Shown here piece by piece: positions 26,801 through 36,503 of a stretch of 64,000 nt of DNA. Made by a program: the position numbers and the translations under genes. The notes below the pieces were generated by a model that worked only from the letters and a program-made list of their open reading frames with translations, was not told the origin of the DNA and made no database searches. The stretch lies in the IMG/VR virus record IMGVR_UViG_3300042892_003674; one strand, written 5' to 3'. Each line of letters begins with the position of its first letter. The first letter of the stretch is position 1. This DNA is from a virus (Duplodnaviria > Heunggongvirae > Uroviricota > Caudoviricetes).

Positions 26801-27166
26801 ATGAATAACGAAGAATTAAATGAAATTTTGGCAAACTTTTTAAAGATGTTTAAGAATAGACCTTATCATCTAGCAAAATATCTAATTGAAAATTCTGCTC
26901 TAAATAAACCATTCTTAAATAAAATAATAAAAAGTGCGAAGTTAAATAATCCTAAAACCCAGGATGTTTATTTAACTAGTATTTCTGAAATGGATGATTT
27001 TTATAGTTCCATTTTAGATCCGGTAAAAATAGGTAATAAAACTTTAGAAGAAGTTACTAAAGAGATAAATGATAAAATGGATGAGCTTATCAAAAACGAA
27101 AAGTTTGAAGAAGCTGCAAAGCTAAGAGATTATATGTTAAAAAAATCTATAAAAAGAATTAAATAA
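26801..27166 (+). CDS. Hypothetical protein with a UVR-like motif.
   Basis: 121 aa; the C-terminal EEAAKLRDYMLKK resembles the UvrB/UvrC UVR domain. Confidence 0.6.
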   Translation: MNNEELNEILANFLKMFKNRPYHLAKYLIENSALNKPFLNKIIKSAKLNNPKTQDVYLTSISEMDDFYSSILDPVKIGNKTLEEVTKEINDKMDELIKNEKFEEAAKLRDYMLKKSIKRIK

Positions 27167-27217
27167 TTTAAAACTTTTTAATAATTCACACTAAAACTTA
27201 AACACTAAAAAAATTAT

Positions 27218-28306
27218 ATGACAAACGAAATTTTAAACCCAGAAGTAGGAAACCCAAACTTTGAACTTTTATTTGAAGAAAAAAGTTACAGAAAGGGTAA
27301 GAATATGAGTGATAAAGACTTAGATGCTCTTTATAGCTCTATTAAATTAGAAATACCACAAGTAGGTAATGTGGTTAGATCTAGTTACCAAGGTATTATG
27401 GCAAATCAGTTTGTATTTAGCGTTGACGGATTCAAAGATGATGTTAGAGTTGAAGACAAACCAAATGAGGCAAAGTACCTTAAAAATTGCAACACTGGAG
27501 ATGAGGTTGATGTTTTAATTACCGAGATAAATCACGGTCAATATTTCATCAAAGGAAGTATAGCTTCTTTATATGAGTCAAGAGCTCACGAAAACCTTAA
27601 ATCTTTAGAGGAAGGAGAATCAGTAACTGCTTATGTAAGATCACTTAACCCAGCAGGTTACGATGTTGAAATCACAAATGGAGGAGTAACTCTTCCAGGA
27701 TTTATGCCAAATACCTTAGCTGGTATCAACAAACTTTACGACCCAACTTCAATCGTTGGTGATACGTTTCAAGTAATGATTGAGTCTTTCTCAGAACATG
27801 AAGGAACTTATATCGTAAGTCGTAGAAAGTATCTACAAACATTGATTCCAGAAGAAATTGGTAATCTTGAGTTTAACACCTTATATGGTGGTAGAGTAAC
27901 TGGAACAACACCGTTTGGTATCTTTGTTGAGTTCAACGAGTGCTTAACTGGTATGATTCACAAAGCTAACGTGACTGAGGAGTGGCAAAACAGAATCTCC
28001 GAAATTAAACCAGGACAAGAGATTGAGTTCTATATTAAAGAAATCATCAAGGAGAAAATTATCCTTACTCAAGTCTTGAGAGAAACACTTTGGGATAACA
28101 TCAAAAACGGTCAAGTTATTGATGGTAGAGTGAAAGATGTTAAACAATTTGGAACTTTAGTAATCTTAGATGATGAAACAGTTGGACTAATACACACTTC
28201 AGAAATGGAGAAATTAGGCAAAAAGTTTGTATCTGGACAAGACATCAAAGTAAAAGTTCTTTCTGTAGATCGTCAAAGTCGTAAGATTTTCTTAACGATT
28301 GGATAA
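27218..28306 (+). CDS. Ribosomal protein S1-like multi-S1-domain RNA-binding protein.
   Basis: 362 aa with about 4-5 consecutive S1/OB-like modules, for example GDEVDVLITEI...G, GESVTAYVRSLNPAGYDVEI, GRVTGTTPFGIFVEF and GQVIDGRVKDVKQFGTLVIL...GQDIKVKVLSVDRQSRKIFLT. Confidence 0.7.
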   Translation: MTNEILNPEVGNPNFELLFEEKSYRKGKNMSDKDLDALYSSIKLEIPQVGNVVRSSYQGIMANQFVFSVDGFKDDVRVEDKPNEAKYLKNCNTGDEVDVLITEINHGQYFIKGSIASLYESRAHENLKSLEEGESVTAYVRSLNPAGYDVEITNGGVTLPGFMPNTLAGINKLYDPTSIVGDTFQVMIESFSEHEGTYIVSRRKYLQTLIPEEIGNLEFNTLYGGRVTGTTPFGIFVEFNECLTGMIHKANVTEEWQNRISEIKPGQEIEFYIKEIIKEKIILTQVLRETLWDNIKNGQVIDGRVKDVKQFGTLVILDDETVGLIHTSEMEKLGKKFVSGQDIKVKVLSVDRQSRKIFLTIG

Positions 28307-28345
28307 TTTAAAAACGACCCATTTTTAAATGAAAGAACAAAATGA

Positions 28346-28372
28346 ACCCTAGAGAAATCTAGGGTTTTTTTA
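28346..28372 (+). terminator. Intrinsic terminator.
   Basis: aaCCCTAGAgaaaTCTAGGGttttttt. Confidence 0.7.
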
Positions 28373-28386
28373 TTTAATATATAATC
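28371..28386 (+). promoter_or_regulatory. Upstream motif TATTTAATATATAATC directly after the terminator.
   Basis: 22 nt before the ATG at 28409. Confidence 0.45.
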
Positions 28387-28408
28387 TATTAAAAAATAAC
28401 TTATTAAG

Positions 28409-28819
28409 ATGATAATTAAAAAATTTGAAAACTTTAGAGGTGGTTTTAGACCAAGAGTAACAGATTTAGGTCCAATTCAAAAAAGAGTTGAAATTAGAAT
28501 TGATCTTGAAAAGGTAGAACATGCGGCTATTCAACAATATAGACATGGTTTTAATAAAGAAAGTGGTAAGATTGATGATGATGATATTAGAGGATTGGTA
28601 GAGTCTGCAATTGAGGAAATAACAATCGCTCTAATGCAAGATCAATTTGATATTATGGATGAATATGGTAATCCAAATAGATTTGTTATTAGAGATAAGA
28701 TAACAAAACTAAATATAGTTTGTGTACTAACACCTGGTGCAAATGAGTTTACACTAACTGTAATAACAGTAATGACAAAGGATGATTTTAAAACTGACAC
28801 ATGGGTTGTAGAAGTATAA
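28409..28819 (+). CDS. Hypothetical protein; N-terminal signature family.
   Basis: 136 aa; MIIKKFENFRG. Confidence 0.7.
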   Translation: MIIKKFENFRGGFRPRVTDLGPIQKRVEIRIDLEKVEHAAIQQYRHGFNKESGKIDDDDIRGLVESAIEEITIALMQDQFDIMDEYGNPNRFVIRDKITKLNIVCVLTPGANEFTLTVITVMTKDDFKTDTWVVEV

Positions 28820-28825
28820 AAATAA

Positions 28826-28852
28826 AAAAAAGCTATCAAATGATAGCTTTTT
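28826..28852. terminator. Bidirectional intrinsic terminator between convergent genes.
   Basis: aaaaAGCTATcaaatgATAGCTtttt with a flanking A-run and T-run. Confidence 0.6.
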
Positions 28853-29041
28853 CTTTTTAGTATATATTCCAATTTTTTATATGTATAACTCCATTTGAAT
28901 CTATTGTAGAACCTTTATCCTCAATCTCTTCTTCAAAGAAATCGGGTTTAAGAACATCATCAATTGTTTTATCTGATAACTCTATGTCTGCTACAAATGC
29001 TTCAAAAAGTTTTAAATACTTCACTTATTATATATTATTTT

Positions 29042-30226
29042 TTAATCCCAATCATCATCTTGCCACTCTTCATCATCATCATTTTCACTCCATATTATAC
29101 CCCTTGATCCAGGAAAACTTCTATTACTAATTTTACCAGTTGTTGGATCCCAATTATTCATATTATCAACTGATGGATATTGATCAAATTCACCAGGATT
29201 TATATGTGCAATAAATGTATCACTATAATTCATTTGTAAGTATCCTTTTGCATTACCATACTCAATAAATACATTTCTATCAGAATCTTTACTAGTATAA
29301 ATGGTGTCCATTACTTGTCTACCATCATCTAATGTCCAAAGAAGTGCTCTACCAATAATTTTATTATCAAAGTTTTCTGATTTTAACATAAGTAATTTAA
29401 CGGTTTGTGGATTTTTAATATAAATTTCTAACCAATTAAGATTCCCAACTGCTTGACAAGATCCACCTAATGTACCTTGATGTGGAAACTCATAGTTTCT
29501 TCTATGATACCAGAATCCTAAATCATCACCTTCAACTATCTCAAATCGAGAGAATACATCGTTCATAATTGATAAGACTGCTCTAAACTCATTTACAAAT
29601 GTTTCTATCGCTGCAGCGGTTGGATTGAAGTTATAAGCAGTCAATAGAAGTCTAACTGCTCTACCAATTCTTATTTCTTGCCTACTTTTAGTAAATACTA
29701 TCTTTTGTTTATCATCAACAATAGTTCTTAGTTTTTCTCTATTGTAAACACCTTCACCTGTTGGAAACTTAACATAACACCAAGTTTTACCAGTTTTTTC
29801 TGAAGTTACCTCACTAATTACTTCGCCAATAAGATTATTATTTGGATGAAATACTTCTTCTGTTGTAGGAGTAAACCCAAGTCTTGCAAAGATAGCACCA
29901 TTAGTTTTAACATTATTAGTCAACCAACCACCTCTACGACCAATGTAATTTACATATTCTCTTGTATCTTCAAGTATTTGCTGTGCAACTCTATCAGGAG
30001 TAAATGTCAATATGTTATCATTATCAATTTTTATATCAAAGAAATTAGAAACAACATCTAAGTCTTGATTTTCTATCTCTAATAATTTTTGGGCAATTTC
30101 ATTCTCGGGTATTTTTGTAAGTGCCTTTTTAAACTTATTAGAGTAAATAACATTAGACTCTAATAAAAGTTGTTCTAATATAAGTTTCTCTACAATAAAA
30201 TCTCCATACTTAGTTAAATTTCTCAT
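29042..30226 (-). CDS. Hypothetical protein with a strongly acidic C-terminal tail.
   Basis: 394 aa, ending ENDDDEEWQDDDWD; N-terminus MRNLTKYGDFIVEKL. Confidence 0.8.
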   Translation of the reverse strand: MRNLTKYGDFIVEKLILEQLLLESNVIYSNKFKKALTKIPENEIAQKLLEIENQDLDVVSNFFDIKIDNDNILTFTPDRVAQQILEDTREYVNYIGRRGGWLTNNVKTNGAIFARLGFTPTTEEVFHPNNNLIGEVISEVTSEKTGKTWCYVKFPTGEGVYNREKLRTIVDDKQKIVFTKSRQEIRIGRAVRLLLTAYNFNPTAAAIETFVNEFRAVLSIMNDVFSRFEIVEGDDLGFWYHRRNYEFPHQGTLGGSCQAVGNLNWLEIYIKNPQTVKLLMLKSENFDNKIIGRALLWTLDDGRQVMDTIYTSKDSDRNVFIEYGNAKGYLQMNYSDTFIAHINPGEFDQYPSVDNMNNWDPTTGKISNRSFPGSRGIIWSENDDDEEWQDDDWD

Positions 30227-30973
30227 TTAATATGTTAATATTTTTAAAACAACATCTTCAACAAATTCTTTCATATCTGTTGGATCAATTGTTGCAATCG
30301 TGTCTTTTGATGAATGACAATTAAATAACATTGAGTAATCTAAATATGTATCATCGTCCCATTTGACATTTGTTTTACCTTCTAAAACAGGAGGTAATGG
30401 ATTTATTACTACTGAATCAATTCCATTTCTTCTAAATGTTACTGAATCATTGAAAGGTGTTCTAACTATTGGGCAATCAAAAAGTGTTTTAATATGATTT
30501 GTTAAAGGTCCGGGATAATCTCCAATAAAAAAGTGTTTACCACCTTTACCACTTAATTCTAAGTTAAGTACCCACTCTATATCACCAAACTTACCTTCGT
30601 TTATTAGTTCTGATGCTCTATTAGAGCCTACACCACCAACTTCTTCACCATCTAATAGAATTACATTCATTGTTGGTAAGAGCTTCTTAATCATTATCGC
30701 ATTTATTACTGAAGCACTATTATCATTAGCATTATCTATATTAGGATTATTTACATCATGATGTGCAACAACCATTCTATTTGATGTTCCTTGTAGAATA
30801 AGATTATATCCTGTTACTTCAGCAGTATAGAATTTATCTAATTCATATTTAATACCTTCTGAATCTAAAAGTTCCATTAGAAATTGAACTCTTGGAGGTG
30901 GTGTCTGTGAATTATTATCATAGATAGTTCCTTCATTTCTTACTTTACAGAAGTCGTATATTTTGTTGTACAT
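30227..30973 (-). CDS. Putative M20/M28-like zinc peptidase-fold protein.
   Basis: 248 aa; AHHD...DNAS...DGEE metal-ligand-like pattern, weak. Confidence 0.6.
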   Translation of the reverse strand: MYNKIYDFCKVRNEGTIYDNNSQTPPPRVQFLMELLDSEGIKYELDKFYTAEVTGYNLILQGTSNRMVVAHHDVNNPNIDNANDNSASVINAIMIKKLLPTMNVILLDGEEVGGVGSNRASELINEGKFGDIEWVLNLELSGKGGKHFFIGDYPGPLTNHIKTLFDCPIVRTPFNDSVTFRRNGIDSVVINPLPPVLEGKTNVKWDDDTYLDYSMLFNCHSSKDTIATIDPTDMKEFVEDVVLKILTY

Positions 30974-30976
30974 GAT

Positions 30977-30993
30977 TGTATATATTAAAATTT
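30977..30993 (-). promoter_or_regulatory. Upstream motif TTTTAATATATACAATC immediately before the ATG at 30973.
   Basis: Minus strand reads AAATTTTAATATATACAATCATG. Confidence 0.45.
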
Positions 30994-31000
30994 ATAAATA

Positions 31001-31029
31001 AAAACACCCCTATTATAAATAGAGGTGTA
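31001..31029 (-). terminator. Intrinsic terminator downstream of the flotillin gene, on the minus strand.
   Basis: Minus strand reads ACACCTCTAtttataaTAGGGGTGT (8/9 bp) followed by TTTTTATTTAT. Confidence 0.5.
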
Positions 31030-31049
31030 ATTTTCTTAAAAAGGTTTTA

Positions 31050-32945
31050 TTATTTTTTTCCTTTTTTGTCTTCTGTTACTACTTCGGTAGGAATTTCAAT
31101 AGTTTCGTTTTCAAGATTTTTAAAGCCTTTACCCATCATATTCATGATTTGAACTCCAAGTAATCCATCTAATGAACCATTTCCACCTTGACCTCCACCA
31201 TTGATAAGTAAGTCTGGCATAATTTTGACATTACCTTTACCGATTTCTTCTGTTACTTTATAGGTAGTGAAGTTATCTTGACCCATTGCATCAACAGCCA
31301 ATCTATAAGATTCTGCAGTTGATTTACCCACTGCTAAGATAGCATTAGCATCTGCGTCTCCAATAAGAGTTTTACTTGTAGCTTGTGCTTTAGCATTTAA
31401 TGTTGTGGCTTCTGCGTTAGCTTCTGCGGCAATTTTTACTGAACGAGCTTTACCAGTTGCATCTTTAACTGCGGAGTCTGCTAATCTCTCAGAGATTTGA
31501 ACACCTTGGTCTGCTTTTACTAACTCACCTTGCATATCTGCAATAGCAGTTTCTTTTTCAAGAGTTTGTCTTTGAACTTGAGCTTTTTTCTGTGTCTCGT
31601 AAGTCACTTGTTGCTCTTCTGCAATCTTACGATCAGTAAGAGTTTTCATCAAAGACTCTGGTGGAGTAATATCTCCAATCAATGTATCTACTGCGTGAAC
31701 GTTATATTCTTCAAGTACTGCAGAGATCGCTTGTTTAGCAGCATCTTGTCTTGATTGACGAGTCGATAAGAAAGCAATAACATCTGAATCTTGTGCAGAG
31801 TTACGGAAGTAGTTACCAATTGTTGGCTCTAATACTTGTGATACAAGTGCTTGTGTAGAACCGAAACGTGCAATTACTTTTGGTGCTTCAGCCATTGGAA
31901 TGTGAATGATTTGAGAAACATCTAAGTTAAATGGGAAACCATCTTTAGAACGTACCGTAATCGTGCTCAATCCTTTGTCTAAGTTGTGAGACTCTGTTCT
32001 AGCATTTGCCCAGTTAAGAACTAAGTTAGTAGTTGGAACAATCTCAATACGATTAGTATATTTATTTATAGCATACTTACCAGGTCCATAAGGCTCTGCC
32101 CAAACACCCTTTTGTCCTTTGCTAACTAAGTTACCGTGTTTAAATCCGGCACCAGTTACGTCAACACCTTCAGCACCAACATAAGATATAACAACACCAC
32201 AATTACCAATTGGAATTTCAGTCATTTGAACTTCTTCAACTTGAACTGCCCATGGGTTTAAGTTATAAGAACCTGCTTGGATAACTTGAGTTTGTAAACC
32301 TCTATTACCACCTGCTAATAAGAATGCATCAAAGTCTTGGAAGTTATTATGTCCTGTTACTTGTTCACCTGCAATTTGACCAGCACTAAGTGGCTCACCG
32401 TCTAATGTAGTAACAATACCTACCATGTTTTCTTGTACACTTACTTGTTTAACTGCAGATACTTCAAATAAGAATGTATTGATTTTATAGCTACCGTTAG
32501 TAATATAAGCGGACTGACGACCTTTTTGACCACCATTTTGAAGGAACGCTGTAGCATCTTGATAGTTATCACAATCAACTCTACGTCCTAAGATACGTCC
32601 TGTTTGTGGAACTTTACCATCTTTAGAAGAAACTAATCCAATATGACCCTCTGGAATAACTATAAATCCTTGCATATCAACAGAGTACTGCCAAGGCCAC
32701 ATCCACCAGTGTAAACCAGTTTCTAACATTTTTGCTTGTAAACCTGCTTCTCCGTTTACTGCGATGATTCTATCACCACTTAATTGTTTATTATCTCCGA
32801 AAAGAACGAATTTTTTCGTTACTAAACCAATCTTGTTCTCAGGAACAATAACTAGTCCAAAAAATACTCTAAAGATAAATTTGTACATAAGTACTGCTAC
32901 TACTAAGAGCATCCAAGGCCAATAGGCCAAAATTTGTGTTACCAT
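31050..32945 (-). CDS. Flotillin / SPFH (band-7) domain membrane protein.
   Basis: 631 aa; N-terminal transmembrane helix, SPFH core, Ala/Glu/Lys-rich coiled-coil tail. Confidence 0.8.
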   Translation of the reverse strand: MVTQILAYWPWMLLVVAVLMYKFIFRVFFGLVIVPENKIGLVTKKFVLFGDNKQLSGDRIIAVNGEAGLQAKMLETGLHWWMWPWQYSVDMQGFIVIPEGHIGLVSSKDGKVPQTGRILGRRVDCDNYQDATAFLQNGGQKGRQSAYITNGSYKINTFLFEVSAVKQVSVQENMVGIVTTLDGEPLSAGQIAGEQVTGHNNFQDFDAFLLAGGNRGLQTQVIQAGSYNLNPWAVQVEEVQMTEIPIGNCGVVISYVGAEGVDVTGAGFKHGNLVSKGQKGVWAEPYGPGKYAINKYTNRIEIVPTTNLVLNWANARTESHNLDKGLSTITVRSKDGFPFNLDVSQIIHIPMAEAPKVIARFGSTQALVSQVLEPTIGNYFRNSAQDSDVIAFLSTRQSRQDAAKQAISAVLEEYNVHAVDTLIGDITPPESLMKTLTDRKIAEEQQVTYETQKKAQVQRQTLEKETAIADMQGELVKADQGVQISERLADSAVKDATGKARSVKIAAEANAEATTLNAKAQATSKTLIGDADANAILAVGKSTAESYRLAVDAMGQDNFTTYKVTEEIGKGNVKIMPDLLINGGGQGGNGSLDGLLGVQIMNMMGKGFKNLENETIEIPTEVVTEDKKGKK

Positions 32946-32987
32946 AATTTAATTGTTTTTAATTGTTTTTAATTCTATTGCTAATTT

Positions 32988-33716
32988 CTAATTTGTTTCG
33001 ATTAAATCTAATATATCTTTTAAAGACATATTTAAAAGATCTTCATAATCATCTGTCTTTACTTCTGTTTTTTTAGATACTTGTTGAATACCCCAGTCTA
33101 AGATCTTCAACCCATGTCTATTAGGATCTAAAATGGATTTTGACACAATTCTCAATAGTTCCAAGTTTTTATCTTTAACTAAATCAATCTTTCTTGTTTC
33201 ATTAGTTGTTATTAAACCTGTTTCTTCATCAAATAGTAATTGGTTTAAAGCTAATTCTCTCGCTTCAGCAGTTGTTAGTTTTCTAAAACACCAACCATTG
33301 AGTTTTAGTTTTCTTTTTACTCCTTGAAACTTAATAACGTAGTCTATATAAGGTGTCAATATAACACCACTATAAGAAGTCCTAGGTGTTACTTTACGAG
33401 TAATCTCTTCAACACGATACATACCATCTTTTACTAAAGTCTTATACCTATCTTGTATACAAACAATTATATCACCTTTTGAAACATCTTCACCTTTTAA
33501 TAGTTCAAATCTATTATAGAAGTTTGTTGGTAATGGTATATCAATCTCTGGAAGAGGTTTACCATCCGTTGTAGTAAAGTTTTTTACAGAGTAACCGCCG
33601 AAATCTTTAAGTCGAACACTTTTATAAGTAGAACCTGGACTATTATTCATAGAAACTACTTCATATGAATGACCCTTTACTAGTTTTGTACTACCTTTTT
33701 TACATATTACTATCAT
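32988..33716 (-). CDS. Hypothetical protein.
   Basis: 242 aa. Confidence 0.7.
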   Translation of the reverse strand: MIVICKKGSTKLVKGHSYEVVSMNNSPGSTYKSVRLKDFGGYSVKNFTTTDGKPLPEIDIPLPTNFYNRFELLKGEDVSKGDIIVCIQDRYKTLVKDGMYRVEEITRKVTPRTSYSGVILTPYIDYVIKFQGVKRKLKLNGWCFRKLTTAEARELALNQLLFDEETGLITTNETRKIDLVKDKNLELLRIVSKSILDPNRHGLKILDWGIQQVSKKTEVKTDDYEDLLNMSLKDILDLIETN

Positions 33717-34132
33717 TAGTCTAAAATTGTATTAGTTGGATCAGACATTTTACCTGATTTATTTTTTTGTGTAATTTTTATTGCAGAAGATGGATTATCT
33801 TTTAATCCGTTTTGCATCCATTCTTTGAATTCTAAATTCTCAAGGTAGTCTTGTGCGGTTGGAATGAATCTCATTCCAAAATCTTCTAATATATGTTGTT
33901 CACATATATCTTTTACAGATACAATTTTATCATCTGAGTTTGTAATTGTGTATCCGAATATAGGTATCATAACCTCATGTATCCAAAAGCCATGGTGTGT
34001 TAAAGCTCTATGTCTATTATCGGATAAATAAGCTTTAGAACAATCCATTTTTATATGTATTGTTAAGTAGTCTTCTGGTTGTCCACCAAATCTACGTGCC
34101 GAAGATACTGAATGTATGTGTGCGTTTGCCAT
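33716..34132 (-). CDS. Hypothetical protein.
   Basis: 138 aa. Confidence 0.65.
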   Translation of the reverse strand: MANAHIHSVSSARRFGGQPEDYLTIHIKMDCSKAYLSDNRHRALTHHGFWIHEVMIPIFGYTITNSDDKIVSVKDICEQHILEDFGMRFIPTAQDYLENLEFKEWMQNGLKDNPSSAIKITQKNKSGKMSDPTNTILD

Positions 34133-34579
34133 TTAATATTCTATTTTTTCTAATGTTTCGTGTAATTGTTCATCTGATAACTTATTAAGTACAAAAGTAA
34201 GTAATTGTTCTGAGTTACCAAAATTTGTTTGAATAGATTGTTTAATAAAATCTAAATAATCTTCTCTTGTACCTATTCCTAACTTTAACATATTGGCCTC
34301 TCTTTGCCATTGTGTACCACCATTGATTTCAAAGTCAGTGATATAATCTCCAGAAAATGATAAATTATATTTTATTTTATCATGTACTTCCTTAGTTGAT
34401 ATACCTGTTGGTATATCAAACTCAACAGGTACATAAGGCCTTTGACAAATTCTATCAACTATATCTTTAGAATCTCTTAAACCTAGGTCACAAAGTTCTT
34501 TTATGTTTTTAACAAATTGTAACTTATTATTACAATCATTTACTAACTTTATTTTTATTACATTCTTCATTATACACAA
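34133..34579 (-). CDS. Protein with a ribosomal L7/L12 C-terminal-domain-like N-terminus.
   Basis: 148 aa. KLQFVKNIKELCDLGLRDSKDIVD resembles [23 protein letters not shown] of the L7/L12 CTD. Confidence 0.55.
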   Translation of the reverse strand: MCIMKNVIKIKLVNDCNNKLQFVKNIKELCDLGLRDSKDIVDRICQRPYVPVEFDIPTGISTKEVHDKIKYNLSFSGDYITDFEINGGTQWQREANMLKLGIGTREDYLDFIKQSIQTNFGNSEQLLTFVLNKLSDEQLHETLEKIEY

Positions 34580-35217
34580 AGTATTAAACTTTCTTTATAT
34601 AAATATTCATCAATGACTTTTTGATCAATTTGATTTACTTGTTTTACCAAACTTGGTAATTTTGTAGGTTGTAAACCAATGTTTCCTACTACTTCACCAT
34701 TATTATAATTATTTATAATATAGTCGGCCATTTGATTTTTCTGAAGAGGATCCATTTCAGTTTTCATTCTATCTCTAATGTTTAGTAGACCTTCATTAGT
34801 TTGATAACGAGCTCTTTTTAATCTATCTCCCTCTGGTGAGAATACGGTAATACTTAAATCAACTTTTCTATCCCACTCTCTTTCAAATAAAAGTGATGAA
34901 TGGAATATTGTATAGATTGCACCTTTTTGTTCATATCTATCACAGAACTTGTTATAAGCATTAAAAAGATCATCTTCAACAATATCGAGAACTTTATCAA
35001 AAGTGGATTTCTTTAATCTACGAAGATCTAATTGATGATTTACAAATAGGTCTGAACCTATTTCTTTTCTCACTTCACTTAATAGTTCATGATTATGATT
35101 TAATATAAACTTTAAAATAAGGTCTCCATCAAAAACAGGTATGCCTATTCTCTTGAATACCTCAACAGTTGTTTTTTTTCCTGAGTATCTACTACCTGAT
35201 AATCCTAATCTAATCAT
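34570..35217 (-). CDS. P-loop kinase, dephospho-CoA kinase (CoaE)-like.
   Basis: 215 aa; N-terminal IGLSGSRYSGKKT Walker A followed by the DGD of CoaE-type kinases. Confidence 0.6.
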   Translation of the reverse strand: MIRLGLSGSRYSGKKTTVEVFKRIGIPVFDGDLILKFILNHNHELLSEVRKEIGSDLFVNHQLDLRRLKKSTFDKVLDIVEDDLFNAYNKFCDRYEQKGAIYTIFHSSLLFEREWDRKVDLSITVFSPEGDRLKRARYQTNEGLLNIRDRMKTEMDPLQKNQMADYIINNYNNGEVVGNIGLQPTKLPSLVKQVNQIDQKVIDEYLYKESLILCV

Positions 35218-35321
35218 ATTTCGTTTTTATATTTTGAAATACAAATATACAACTATTTTTTAGCAAAACAAAACTAAACTAATAAATTTTTATCAATATA
35301 AATAACTAAAACAATTAAGAT

Positions 35322-36431
35322 ATGATAATAAATTTAAAGAGTCAAACAGACCTTTCTGGGTTTTATGTAGTTTATGAAGGTTCAACAAACCTAGAAAAAC
35401 CAGGATGGTATGGAATAACACACTTGATGGAACATTTGGTTTGTAAATCATTTGACCATTTACAAGAAGACTTTGATAGAGATGGTATTGATTGGAATGC
35501 TTATACCTCATCAAATGAAATTGTATTCTATTTAACTGGACTAGACGAAAAAGTAAATAAATATAAAAATCAATTTGTTGATTTACTAACTTCTTTTAAA
35601 GTTACTAAAGAAGAGTTTGAGAATGAAAGAAAAATTGTTCTTGAAGAGTATATGGACTGTTTCAATGACCAATCACAATCACATATGTTAAATCTTTCTA
35701 GAAAGCTATTTAATGATTATGATCCAATTGGATTGAAAAAGGATTTAGAGAACCTGAAATTTATGGATTGTCTTAACTTCTTTGAGTTACAATATGCAAA
35801 ACCAACTAAAATTATCAATGTATCTAAAAACAAAGATTATAAAAATAAAGCTGTTGAGTTTCAAGAAAGAAAAATTGTAACTAATTTGAGTTTTGGTAAT
35901 CACGATACAGATTTAGAATTAAACAATGATTTTAAAGATAAAACCTCTATAGTAATCCTTTCACCAGTAATTGAAGAAGATTTTGCTTATGTACACTTTA
36001 TCAATGCGATGTTGTCGTTAGGATTAAAATCTCCACTATATCAAGAAATTAGAGAGAAAAAAGGATTAGTTTATTTTGTTCATTGTTATCAGTCAAGAGT
36101 AAACGATAAAGGATTAAATTCTATCTCAACATTGACTTCAAATAAGAATTTTAATGAGGTTGTAGAAGCAGTTAAAAAAGTAATTACGAATCCGGATAAG
36201 TTTCTAACTAAAGAAAGATTTAACCTTATTAAAGATTATTATGGTGTTAGAAAACAAAAAGATGAAATCAATAGATATGCGTCAGTAAATCAATGGATTA
36301 ACCCAGAAGGTTGGTCAGTGTATGATATATTAGAAGATGTTACTTTGAAAAAGATTAAAGAAGTTTATACTAAGTATTATGACTTTGATAAGTTCTACAT
36401 TTCTTCTGATAAGAAAGAATTTAAGAAATAA
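35322..36431 (+). CDS. M16 (insulinase/pitrilysin)-family peptidase-like protein.
   Basis: 369 aa; inverted zinc motif HLMEHL (HxxEH) near the N-terminus. Confidence 0.7.
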   Translation: MIINLKSQTDLSGFYVVYEGSTNLEKPGWYGITHLMEHLVCKSFDHLQEDFDRDGIDWNAYTSSNEIVFYLTGLDEKVNKYKNQFVDLLTSFKVTKEEFENERKIVLEEYMDCFNDQSQSHMLNLSRKLFNDYDPIGLKKDLENLKFMDCLNFFELQYAKPTKIINVSKNKDYKNKAVEFQERKIVTNLSFGNHDTDLELNNDFKDKTSIVILSPVIEEDFAYVHFINAMLSLGLKSPLYQEIREKKGLVYFVHCYQSRVNDKGLNSISTLTSNKNFNEVVEAVKKVITNPDKFLTKERFNLIKDYYGVRKQKDEINRYASVNQWINPEGWSVYDILEDVTLKKIKEVYTKYYDFDKFYISSDKKEFKK

Positions 36432-36435
36432 TTTT

Positions 36436-36466
36436 AAACCCACTTAAAAAAGTGGGTTTTTTGTTA
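36436..36466 (+). terminator. Intrinsic terminator.
   Basis: aaaCCCACTTaaaaAAGTGGGttttttg. Confidence 0.75.
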
Positions 36467-36470
36467 TTTA

Positions 36471-36490
36471 TTTTTAATATATAATAAAAA
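36471..36490 (+). promoter_or_regulatory. Upstream motif TTTTTAATATATAATAAAAA directly after the terminator.
   Basis: 14 nt before the ATG at 36504. Confidence 0.45.
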
Positions 36491-36503
36491 ATTATTATTT
36501 GTA

